A stretch of DNA of 64,000 nt, taken from Dehalococcoidia bacterium. Lineage in GTDB: Bacteria; Chloroflexota; Dehalococcoidia; SM23-28-2; RBG-16-64-32. The stretch covers positions 256,001 to 320,000 of the forward strand of contig CAXXTF010000001.1 of NCBI GenBank assembly GCA_963665775.2, in the 5' to 3' direction. The notes beneath the pieces were generated by a model. That model made no database searches. It was not told the origin of the DNA and saw nothing but the letters and a program-made list of their open reading frames with translations. This document shows positions 39,451-49,259 of the stretch, in pieces. Every line of letters begins with the position of its first letter. The first letter of the stretch is position 1. The position numbers and the translations under genes are program-made.

Positions 39451-40105
39451 TGTTGGCAACCAGCAAAAATGGGACAGTGTGAGACCCGAGAGATCAGGGG
39501 TCGGATAGAGGTCTCGTAAGCTCCCTGATGGCCCTATTGTGCTGTCTTCGCCGTTGGATTGTTTGGGCCTGCACCTCCTTTCTTCTTAGTAGGATCTCCT
39601 GCCGCCTTCCCTTGGGGACATCCGAGGGCGTCACGTTGCCGAGGGCCTTGTGATAGCGTCGGTAGTTGTAGTAGCTGACGAAGGCCACGATGGCCGCCTC
39701 CAAGTCTGAAGGCATCTCATACGGCAGTTGGTTCACATCACGCTTGAGGGTCTGGTGGTAGCGCTCCAGCTTGCCGTTGGTCTGAGGATGGAAAGGGGCT
39801 GCCAGGATGTGCCTAATGCCCACCATACCCAGGTAGTCTCTGAAGGCTCTGGATACATAGCCGGGGCCGTTGTCGCTCAGCAGCCTGGTCCGGTCTGTTA
39901 TCGGGATCTGGTCCATGCCGGTCCTGTCCACGGCCTCTTGGACCACCTCTATGAAGGAGTCGGATGTCATATCCCTCTGAAGCCTGTGGGCCAGGCCTGT
40001 CCTGAGCTTGTCGAAGGGATGAATCGTGAGTAGTCGTCCATGACGGTGACCATGTAGTAGTAGCCCCAGCCCTCCACCCTGAAGTAGGAGGCATCGGTGG
40101 CCCAG
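39451..40105 (-). mobile_element. Partial IS3-like element (rve integrase-core transposase fragment)
   Basis: WATDASYF...DDYSRFI, LLSDNG, HPQTNGKLERYH; TG-starting end at 39451; a 23-bp insertion causes a frameshift. Confidence 0.8.
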
Positions 40106-40520
40106 GCCGAGGAATCCCGGCTCCGGGACCGGCTCGAACTGGACTCCTCCGGCACCGACCGGCTCATGCTCGACGCGAAGCTGGCCGCCATCGCCTTCGG
40201 CGGGACCTTCACCGGAGCGTCCACTCAGCTCTATAAGACTGGTAATTATCGGCTTGCCACACCCAAAGGATCTCACTACAATTCAAGTGATCTAAGGCGA
40301 ACGGCTGGGTTACAACACAGGTGGCACGCTCGCCTTCGTGGTAGGAACGCTGCCTAAGACCTGCGGCGAAAATTCTAGCCGAGCGAGTCGCGGAGACCGT
40401 CCACGCGCTGCGGTAAACCACCAGTCCGCACATCTGGCATCCACCGAATATCAAGCCGACAATGCTTGCGAGAACCAGGCATCCCGACCAAGCACTATTG
40501 TCATTACGGGACTGAGATCG

Positions 40521-41432
40521 ATGCTTCGCTGTTCGCTCATCGCAGGGGTCTTCGCGGCGACGGTTGCCCTGTCGGCCTGCGGAGCGAGTGAAGCCGTGCC
40601 CCCCACGTCGGCCCCCGTGCAGACACCTCCCACAGTGACGCCGGAAGCCGCCTGGGCAATCGAGGACGCCTATCACAGCTTTGGCAACCCGGACGCCGGC
40701 GTGGTGGTGGTGAACAGCCAGGGCGGACCAATGCCGGCCCTTGTCCGAAAGCGTGAGATACTTGAGAAGCTGGGCCTGCTCAACCTCGAACGCATACACC
40801 TAGTGAATGTCCATCAAGCCCAGACCATCAACCCCGCCCCATTCACCGCCGCAGACATCACGTTCGACGAAGCCAAGGCGGCTGATGGGGAAAGCGTGGA
40901 GGTCCTGGCCGCCCTCGTGGACCACTTCCAGGCTCAAGGCAAGACGGTCTACGTTGTCGGGATATCCTTCGGCGCATTCATGGTCCAGGAGCTCCTCGCC
41001 ACGCAGGGCAACGTCGCCGAGGGATATCTGATTGCCAATGGACGGCTCGACATGCCGCCTACGATATGGACGGTGTTCGCCGAGGGCCGTACCGTCGGCT
41101 TCGTGGACGGCGTGGAGATCGAGGACCCCAGGACTGGAGGGCACGAACCGGCCCCCGAGGGCACGGTCCCGCTCCAGCGCAACATGGCCCGGCTCGCGGC
41201 CGGCCTCGGACACTACCGCTACACCGAACGGCTCGCCGGTGTCGACATGACCAACGTGGTATACCTTTCCGGGACCTTAGACGAGCAGGTGGGACGCCTC
41301 AGCGATGCCGAGGTCGCGTTCCTCGCCGAACGCGGGGCGGACGTCGTTCAATATGACGGCGGCCATTCCGTGCCCGATGCCGCAGCCCTCGATGCCTTCG
41401 GCCGCCTCTTTCCCTCCGGTCTTCTCAACTGA
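40521..41432 (+). CDS. Alpha/beta-hydrolase-fold lipoprotein
   Basis: Lipobox LSACG, QGGP, GISFG nucleophile elbow, GTLD, GGHS. Confidence 0.75.
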   Translation: MLRCSLIAGVFAATVALSACGASEAVPPTSAPVQTPPTVTPEAAWAIEDAYHSFGNPDAGVVVVNSQGGPMPALVRKREILEKLGLLNLERIHLVNVHQAQTINPAPFTAADITFDEAKAADGESVEVLAALVDHFQAQGKTVYVVGISFGAFMVQELLATQGNVAEGYLIANGRLDMPPTIWTVFAEGRTVGFVDGVEIEDPRTGGHEPAPEGTVPLQRNMARLAAGLGHYRYTERLAGVDMTNVVYLSGTLDEQVGRLSDAEVAFLAERGADVVQYDGGHSVPDAAALDAFGRLFPSGLLN

Positions 41433-41596
41433 TATCTGCTCGGTAGTTTTTGGAGTTTTGCACTTCCCTCCGCACACACCCGCACACAGCGCATAGGGGC
41501 GGGCGGGCTGGCCTGATCAAGACTCCGGCCCTCCGGGTTGGAGGCTCCTCCATTCGTTGGAAGCGGTCATGTGGCCCCTAAGTCGGCGACCGTGAG

Positions 41597-42709
41597 TGAC
41601 CTTGCCCCCGAAAACGAGTCCAGGCCCAATGTTAGTAATCAGGGGTTCTGGACCAGAGAAAGGGGCAGAAGGATTGGGCAGGCAGCATCACACGGCAGAG
41701 GAGATCATCAACAAGTTGAGGGAGGCGGAGGTCGGGCTGGCTAAGGGCCTGGCCGTGCCCGAGGTCTGCAGGAAGCTGGGCGTGGCAGAGCAGACCTACT
41801 ACCGCTGGCGGAAGGAGTATGGCGGCCTGAGGAGGCAACAGGCCACCGCCTGCCGTCTCTTCGCCGGGCCTGCCAGGTTCTGGGGCAGGAGCGATCGACG
41901 CAGCGGCGGTGGGGTTCTCCTCCCGACGATGAAGGGAGGCTGCTGAGGCGGATGGTGGAGCTAGCGACCGAGTACGGGCGCTACGGTTACCGACGGGTCA
42001 CCGCCTTGCTGCGAAAGGAGGGTTTTCAGGTGAACCACAAGCGGGTAGAGCGACTCTGGCGGCGGGAAGGGCTGAAGGTGCCGGCGAAGCAGCCGAAGCG
42101 GAGGCGGCTATGGCTGACCGATGGCTCCTGCGTTAGGCTCAGGCCGACTGAGCCCAACCACGTCTGGAGCTACGACTTCGTGTTTACCCGCACCAGCGAC
42201 GGCCGTCCCCTGCGGCTCTTGACGGTGCTGGACGAGTTCACAAGGGAGTGCCTGGCTATCCAGGTGGCGAGGCAGATCACCAGTGATGACGTGCTGGCAC
42301 GCCTGGCCCAGCTCTTCGTCGAGCGCGGGACGCCTCGCTACCTGCGCTCGGACAACGGGCCAGAGTTCACGGCACGGGCGCTCCGGACCTGGCTAGAGCG
42401 GGTAGGCGTGCAGACTCTGTATATCGAGCCCGGGAGCCCCTGGGAGAACGGCTACATCGAGTCGTTCAATGGGAAGCTACGTGATGAACTATTGAATGGG
42501 GAGGTGTTCGACACGGTGCTGGAAGCACAGGTCCTCTGCGAGCGGTGGCGACGGAACTACAACGAGGTGCGCCCGCATAGCGCTCTCGGCTACCGGCCGC
42601 CAGCACCGCAAGCGATCGTGCCATGGCCGGGCTCCACCGCGCCATCCCTGGAGACTACGGCGATGGCCACACTAACATAGCCTGTGGTAGCGTTTATGGG
42701 GGCAGGTCA
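41597..42709 (+). mobile_element. IS3-family (IS407-like) element, internally rearranged
   Basis: Ends TGACCTTGCCCCC...GGGGGCAGGTCA; orf[29 protein letters not shown]; orfA/orfB junction deleted. Confidence 0.92.
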
Positions 42710-43183
42710 CTCTTCGTCGCGACTGCCGCCGGTATGTATCTCACGTTCCGCCCCTACGAGCGCTTCCTATCCTTGCTCGGCGCCTTCGCGTTCTTGGCTG
42801 CGGGTGTCTCATTCATGTCGGGGATGGTGGCCAGGCTAACACTCACGCAGTTGGCTCGCGAGTTCGGAGGCACCAGCGGTATCGAGGCCGATCAGATCGT
42901 GCCTGCCGCTCGTGCCGTTGCACTCGCGAGCGAGTGGGCGCTTCTCGCAGGGCTCGGCTTCTTCGGCCTGGGCCTTCTGGCGCTCGGCATCCTCATGATC
43001 TGGCGACGACCTTTGCCACTCGGGCTCGGCTGGACGGCCGCAGGCTGCGGCATCCTTATAATCGTGGGTATGCCAACGTTTTTCATATCGGTAGCCGGGT
43101 CTCTGATAGGCTTCGTGTGGCTCATCGTCGCCGGCGGATGGCTGGTGTGGCGTGGCACTAGTGAGGCTGGTGAGGCTGGCTAG
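42710..43183 (+). pseudogene. Membrane protein (DUF4386-like) C-terminal fragment truncated by the IS
   Basis: Several TM helices beginning right at the IS end. Confidence 0.5.
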
Positions 43184-43620
43184 CTGGGTCTGATTAGTCG
43201 ATAGGGGCTGAGAGGGGTCAGTAGGCCCCGACACCTGGACCTGCTGAGGCGTGCGCGTGAGTTAGAAGACGCCTTATTTATAGTCGCACCATTAGTCATC
43301 CTTCATGACAGGACTAAGACTTTGGCTCATGCTAGACTCCCTTGGCGGGAAGCCGACCCCCCTTTTTGCCTTTTTACTTCTCTCAGAATATTAACGTCAA
43401 CTATATACGTACATGTACGGCACCCCCGTCGTGGGTTCCCGTCGACGCATCGCGGCCTAGCACGGCGGGCGCCTGGACGGACAGGAAACGGAAGAGAAGA
43501 GAGAAACGCCAACCTCTCGTGCCTACCATCCGTCGGGTGCGTTTCCTCATGCACTATAACCGTTACGTAAAGTAGGGGAGTGCGCGGAGGGCTTGACTCG
43601 CTAGTGTAATGTGATAGCTG

Positions 43621-43716
43621 ACAGGGCTCGCCAGGGCTCTGTCGCCTTTATCCGGCCCTCCTTCGCTGTCTTGTCCTACAGCGAAAGAGGGCCAACTGTT
43701 GCCACGGAGCCCTTTT
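43621..43716 (+). ncRNA. Candidate small structured RNA
   Basis: Long hairpin 43633-43713 (AGGGCTC/GAGCCCT, GGCCCTC/GAGGGCC, TTCGCTGT/ACAGCGAA) followed by Ts; TTGACT-N16-TAGCTG upstream. Confidence 0.35.
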
Positions 43717-43827
43717 AGGGAGGGCGTATGGAAGAGCGCATGCTTGCGATTAGGCGTTGTAACGGGCGCGAACGAGGGGCGCATTCGTATCTGCGGCGGG
43801 GCACAGGGCGGACCTCGTTAATCCCAG

Positions 43828-44500
43828 TCATGCGCTCTTCGGCGCCCTGCGTCGTGCCAGGACCCGCCGGATGAGGCTCGCCAGGCCCACTGGGTCGCGA
43901 CGGTAGGCCGAGGTCGCCAGCACCTCCATGGCGAGTCTCTTCGACGATTTTCCCTCCGCTTCTCGCCGCCTTCTGCGCTGCACCACTGTTGAGTTCAAGG
44001 GGTCCATAGTATTCACCCTAACCGAGTACACATTATCATCTGACTGGTTTCGGCGATTGGCGTATTCCGGTAGGTCCGCGTAACGGCGCCCCCGATACTT
44101 CGGGTGAACCATTGTCCGGCCACCTACCCTGACGCCATACGTAGGGTAGAGAATATCCCCGCCGTAGAGCGCAACAAGGTGCCCATCCTCAAACACTCCG
44201 TACCAGGGGCTTCGGTCGATGAGCTTGCCGCGCAGAATCCCGAAGGAGCCCGCTGCACGTCTCAAACGGTTAATTTCGCCAATGTCGGCGCTCGTAAGGC
44301 GTCTCGCAAGGTTATCATCCGGCCCGAGGTCAGGATTCCTGCCACCGTCGGTCCTCGCCGAGACCTGATACGGAGAGTCCCGCAGAAGGAAAAAGCACCG
44401 CCTAAGTACCGGCCCATGGTTGACCTGAGCCCAGAGTCTGGACACATAGCGCGGGCCGGGGTGCATTGACAGTGTGCCATTCAGTGCCGCAGGGTTGCCC
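43828..44500 (-). pseudogene. GNAT-like protein, N-terminally truncated paralog of 26910-27856
   Basis: Shared HPGPRYVSRLWAQV, WYG.xEDGH, VHPKYRG, AYRRDPVGLASLIRRVLARRRA. Confidence 0.65.
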
Positions 44501-44747
44501 AGGCCGTGCCATGCCAGCGCACAATGGTGTCGGGTTGGACGACGACAACGGCTGAGCGCCAGCGAGACCAGCGGCGGGAGAGCCAGCACCAGAGCAGGCG
44601 GTCCGCCGGTTCAAGGCGCGGGCGCCGGGCCGAGCGCATCAGGATGGCGAGCTGATGGCGCAGGGCCAGGTTCTAAAGTTCGACGTCCTGCCGGGCTCGC
44701 AAGGCGTTACGTATAGTGCCGATGAGCAGAAAGATGTAGATATTCAT
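44500..44747 (-). mobile_element. Transposase/integrase-core element, N-terminal remnant
   Basis: Manual translation MNIYIFLLIG...EL*NLALRHQLAIL...PRLEPADRLLW..LSRRWSRWRSAVVVVQPDTIVRWH. Confidence 0.65.
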
Positions 44748-44823
44748 TGTCCAGATCCTTCTTGTGGCGAACGCTACGCGAGGCCACTGCGCCTATGCCC
44801 CGCCCGATCCAGCCTGCCCGATT

Positions 44824-47229
44824 CTAGGATGGCGCTGCAACCGGCTCAGGCCAAGTCACCACGCCAGCTTTCTGTAGGCCGTTGATCTCGTTGGTCGTGT
44901 AGCCCAGTTCCTCGAGAATCAGCTTAGTATGTTCGCCGGTTCGGTTCCCTGAGCCTGCCACGCCCGGCGTCAGCGAAAGATGAACACCAGGTGCGTTCCG
45001 GATGTATTTCCCCCAAACAGGGTGTTCAGCTTCAACAGACAGTTCATTAGCTCGAATCTGTTCGTCGTTCATAAAGAAAGTGTAGTGCTGCCCGGCGTCT
45101 GCCACAACGCATCCAATATCGTGTCCTGCTAGATACTGTTCCCATTCCACCGCTGTTCGCCCTTCGAATAACTCTTCCAAGCAAGCAGCCAACTCCGTGT
45201 CGTGCTCAGCGCGCGCCGTCGGGCTGACGAAGCGGTGGTCTCCTAGCCACTCTTCCTTGTTCAGGGCCTTACACAAACCTTCCCACTCCCGTCGGACCAA
45301 ACAAGCCAAGAAAACCCAGCCCTCTCGACAGTGATAGAGCCTATAGAGGGCTCCGAGACCGCGAAGTTCGGTATCGGGAAGGACGCGGGGCGGCTTGCCC
45401 TCGTACCTGATGAAGTCGCCAGAGTTAGCATAGGCATTGGAGCGGAGCATGCTGGTCTCCAGATACTGTCCCTGCCCAGTCTTCTCGCGTGCATAAAGGC
45501 CCAGCAGCAAGGCGGTACCGACAACGATGGCGCCGGTGGCATCCGGGTTGCCATCGTTCGCTTTGGCGAGATGAACAGATATTCGTTTCACCTCATCTAG
45601 GGTGAGCGGCGTGCCCGGCGCGGGCGGAACGCCCGGGCCCGCCTGATAAAGAGCCCCACCACAGATAGCGCCAAAGGTCACCCAGTATGCTGGCCTCGAG
45701 GCGAAGGGGCCACTGGACCCATAACCCCCTGCACTCAGATATATGAGTCTGGGATTTATCCTCTTGAGAGTTTCGTACTCCATACCCAGCCGCTCTGGAA
45801 CTCCTGGGCGGTAGTTGTGCATCAGCAGGTCCGTTTTCTCAACCAGCTTATACAGGATTTCCCTGCCGTTCGCCGTCTTGAGATCGACCGCTAGGCTTTC
45901 CTTTCCCTGAACTGTCTTGAGTGCTCCATTTCTGCGCAGCGGATCACCTTCCAGAGGTTCGAGCTTGATCACCCGCGCGCCTAGGTCAGCGAGCAAACTT
46001 GCACCGTACGGCCCTCCCCAGTAGGTAGCAAGCTCGAGCAACGTAACTCCTTCCAGCGCATGCCGAGGCAGCGAGCCTCTTCCGAACCGCCGTTCACGGT
46101 TCCGTTCTAGCCCGCCAAGGATCTGGCTAGTGTGCTGACCAAGGGTCGGAGCAGACACCAGAGCCTCTGAGGGAGCATCATTGAACTTCACAAGTGGGCT
46201 AAGTTGCGCCACCTTCCCGTACTGCTCGTGTTCGACCTCTATTGCGTCACCATTGTGTATGACCTGAGGGTGCTCCATGGCCTGCTGGGTACTCCTGAAC
46301 GGCTCAACTGAGATGTTTGAATCGGCCATCAATATTTCCATCCACTCGTCCAGGGTCTTCTCCTGGATTCTTAGCAACAGCAACTGCCATAGATCCTCAG
46401 CCGCTGTCCCAGTAGAGACGACCCTAGTGGGCATGGCCTGTTCACCAGCAAAAACGTCCTCCATTTCCACGGCCTTGAGAAATGCGCGGAACTCGCGGTC
46501 GCCAACGTTCGCAAACTGCAGCCAGTATCCATCCTTCGTGGACGCGATTAATGACCGATAGGAAGGCCCCATGCTGTGATAATTGGTGAATATTTCTGGA
46601 TAGCGGTCCCTAAGCTGGACTATTAGCCAGTTGAACATTTCATAGCAGCCGAGGGCTTGCAGCAGACTTGTTTGGACGAGCTGCCCCTTGCCTGTTCGTT
46701 CCCGGACAAAGAGCGCCGCCACGATTCCTTGGAGCGCAAGTTGGGAGGCACCCATACTGGCCACCGGCACACAAGCGTAAATCGGTCCACCACGCTCTAG
46801 TTGCCCTTCGTACTCCATCATGCGACCTGCCTTAGCGTGTACCACTCCCTCGTACGCTTTGTAGCCGGCAATTGGCCCGTTCTCCCCGAACCCAGTAATG
46901 GAGCAGTAGACAAGAGATGGGTTTTGCTCTGACAAAGTCTCGTACCCAATGCCGAGGCGGTCGGCAACTCCTGGGCGGAAGTTGTTTATGACAACGTCTG
47001 ATGTCACTCCTAGTCGCTGGGCGTCTGCCCTGCCTCGCTCTGATTTCAGATCGATGACTACACTCTTTTTCCCTCGGTACCACTGAATAGAAGCGGGAAC
47101 GTGACGAAATGGGTCCCCGCCCGGGGGCTCCACCTTGATAACCTCGGCGCCGTAATCGGCCATGACCATCGTGGCGATGCCACTCGGCATTCCTGAGCCG
47201 AAATCAGTCACTCTGAGGCCCTGAAACAC
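44824..47229 (-). CDS. Tandem two-domain family III CoA-transferase
   Basis: Two CaiB/BaiF repeats; GTG start with GGAGGT. Confidence 0.9.
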   Translation of the reverse strand: MFQGLRVTDFGSGMPSGIATMVMADYGAEVIKVEPPGGDPFRHVPASIQWYRGKKSVVIDLKSERGRADAQRLGVTSDVVINNFRPGVADRLGIGYETLSEQNPSLVYCSITGFGENGPIAGYKAYEGVVHAKAGRMMEYEGQLERGGPIYACVPVASMGASQLALQGIVAALFVRERTGKGQLVQTSLLQALGCYEMFNWLIVQLRDRYPEIFTNYHSMGPSYRSLIASTKDGYWLQFANVGDREFRAFLKAVEMEDVFAGEQAMPTRVVSTGTAAEDLWQLLLLRIQEKTLDEWMEILMADSNISVEPFRSTQQAMEHPQVIHNGDAIEVEHEQYGKVAQLSPLVKFNDAPSEALVSAPTLGQHTSQILGGLERNRERRFGRGSLPRHALEGVTLLELATYWGGPYGASLLADLGARVIKLEPLEGDPLRRNGALKTVQGKESLAVDLKTANGREILYKLVEKTDLLMHNYRPGVPERLGMEYETLKRINPRLIYLSAGGYGSSGPFASRPAYWVTFGAICGGALYQAGPGVPPAPGTPLTLDEVKRISVHLAKANDGNPDATGAIVVGTALLLGLYAREKTGQGQYLETSMLRSNAYANSGDFIRYEGKPPRVLPDTELRGLGALYRLYHCREGWVFLACLVRREWEGLCKALNKEEWLGDHRFVSPTARAEHDTELAACLEELFEGRTAVEWEQYLAGHDIGCVVADAGQHYTFFMNDEQIRANELSVEAEHPVWGKYIRNAPGVHLSLTPGVAGSGNRTGEHTKLILEELGYTTNEINGLQKAGVVTWPEPVAAPS

Positions 47230-47522
47230 TGGGGCACCTCCGTTCGCTTCAGCGTCGCAACTGGGGGGCGAGGTCGCCCGCAAGCCATCGCCATTCGCTA
47301 GTTAACGATGTCGTGCTTGAGTCGCATCTAGCCCGTTCCGATAAGTATGGTCGGCGTATGCACTCTAATTCTCGGCCAGCGCAAGTGTCAACTGTCCAAT
47401 GGCTATGTGAGTAAATGCACAAGCTTGCTCGGCTTTAAGTCTTTCGAAATATGGTTGACAGAAGCATAGGGTCACATTAGAGTTCTGATAGAATAAGTAA
47501 ATTGCCGACATAGGAGGCCTTT

Positions 47523-48716
47523 ATGAAGCTGCTCGAAGGTTTCAGAGTTCTGGACATGTCTCGCCTGATCCCGGGACCCCTCGCAACCATGTTCCTCGCC
47601 GATCTGGGCGCGGATGTTATCAAGGTCGAAGACCCTAAGGTTGGTGACTACTTTCGACTCTCCGGCGAGGAGTCGCACGGAGGGTGGCGAACGGCATTCG
47701 TCTACCTGAATCGTAATAAGCGCAGTGTGACTGCGGATTTCAAGACAGAAGAAGGGCGAAAGGTCGTGTACGACCTCGCGAAGACCTCTGATGCATTCAT
47801 TGAGGGTGCTCGGCCTGGATCCACCGCCAAGCTCGGATTTGGATACGACGTACTGAAGGCTATTAATTCTAGGATCGTGTATTGCTCATTGACCGGCTTC
47901 GGGCAGACAGGTCCTTTTGCGCAGTTAGCAACGCACGGAGGTGCGTATGACGCGGTTACTGGAGTTGCCGTACCGCGCCAGATCAAGGACGGGAGCTTTG
48001 TACAGTATCGGCCATATCCTCATATTGGTACGACTTCGGGTCCCTGGCTCGCTGTCATGGCCATGCTCGCCGCACTGTTAAGGGCCCAACGAACTGGAGA
48101 AGGGGCATATATCGACATCTCATGCGCTGATGCCAGCCTAGTGGCTCTGGACAGGGAGATTGAGCCGGTTCTAAATGGCGACCATCGGGGCTGGCCAGAT
48201 CCCGAAGAGAACGTGTCCGTGAAGTACTGCTATTACAAGACGAAGGATGACCGATTCATGTTGATCCAGGCAATCGAGCAGCATTTCTGGGAGCATTTCT
48301 GTGAAACCGTCGGGCGCCCGGACCTGAAGGGGAGAGGTGAATGGGGAGCCAGCCGCATGGACAGCTCCTCTGGTGACGCCGAACTCAGGCAAGAATTGAT
48401 CGGCCTTTTCAGAACCAGGACGCAGGCTGAGTGGACTCAACATTTCCTGGATAACAACATAGCGGGAGCGCCCTACTACCCGCTGGACGAGGTGGCTCAC
48501 ACTGAGCTGTTTCGTTCTCGGGAAATGATCGTAGAGCAAGAGCATCCCGCGGCGGGAAACGTCTCGATGGTCGGCAGCGCCATAAAGATCGAGGGTGAAG
48601 CGTTTGAGATCGCGAGGCCGGCGCCTGCGCTGGGTGGGGACACCAAGGAGGTCCTCGCTGAGCTCGGATACAGCGATCAAGAGATACGATCCTTGAAGGA
48701 TCGTGGATTGGTCTGA
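47523..48716 (+). CDS. Single-domain family III CoA-transferase-like protein
   Basis: LIPGPLATMFLADLGADVIKVEDP, NRNKRS, SLTGFGQTGP; RBS AGGAGG. Confidence 0.9.
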   Translation: MKLLEGFRVLDMSRLIPGPLATMFLADLGADVIKVEDPKVGDYFRLSGEESHGGWRTAFVYLNRNKRSVTADFKTEEGRKVVYDLAKTSDAFIEGARPGSTAKLGFGYDVLKAINSRIVYCSLTGFGQTGPFAQLATHGGAYDAVTGVAVPRQIKDGSFVQYRPYPHIGTTSGPWLAVMAMLAALLRAQRTGEGAYIDISCADASLVALDREIEPVLNGDHRGWPDPEENVSVKYCYYKTKDDRFMLIQAIEQHFWEHFCETVGRPDLKGRGEWGASRMDSSSGDAELRQELIGLFRTRTQAEWTQHFLDNNIAGAPYYPLDEVAHTELFRSREMIVEQEHPAAGNVSMVGSAIKIEGEAFEIARPAPALGGDTKEVLAELGYSDQEIRSLKDRGLV

Positions 48717-48809
48717 CCATTGGATAGATTGCCCCCTTGTGCTTACATTGATCTACGGACTCCGTTGAAGTACTGCTTGGGCCGGTGAGGCTCGAAGGAG
48801 GGCGGGTAG

Positions 48810-49202
48810 ATGAACGTTACCGGGCTGGACCACATAAGCGTCGCGGTGCGCGACATGGAGCAGGCGGAGCGGAACTGGGAGCAGGTGCTGGGGAGGAAGG
48901 CCGGCGCGCATTCGACACCGGAGGAGACCCCCCACACTCAATTCTTCTTCGGCGATGGAAAGCCGTATATTGAGCTGCTCTCCTCCACCTCACCGGACGG
49001 GGAGGTAGCCAAGTTTGTGGAGAGGAGGGGTGAGGGGCTATATCTGGCCTGCTTCAGGGTAGACGACGTCTCCGCCGCGGCTGCGGAACTTAAGGACCTC
49101 GGTTACCGGGTGTTCCAGTATGGCGAGGAGCACACCACCTTTATCCATCCAAAGGATCTTAACGGCGTACTATTGGAGATCACAGAAAGGGAAGAACGGT
49201 GA
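48810..49202 (+). CDS. VOC/glyoxalase family (methylmalonyl-CoA epimerase-like)
   Basis: LDHISVAVRD, IELL, RRGEGLY, FIHPKDLNGVLLE. Confidence 0.85.
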   Translation: MNVTGLDHISVAVRDMEQAERNWEQVLGRKAGAHSTPEETPHTQFFFGDGKPYIELLSSTSPDGEVAKFVERRGEGLYLACFRVDDVSAAAAELKDLGYRVFQYGEEHTTFIHPKDLNGVLLEITEREER

Positions 49203-49259
49203 TCGCCATCGCTATGATCGCCACGTGCAGGCCTAAGTTTGCCAGATAGGAGAAGAAAG

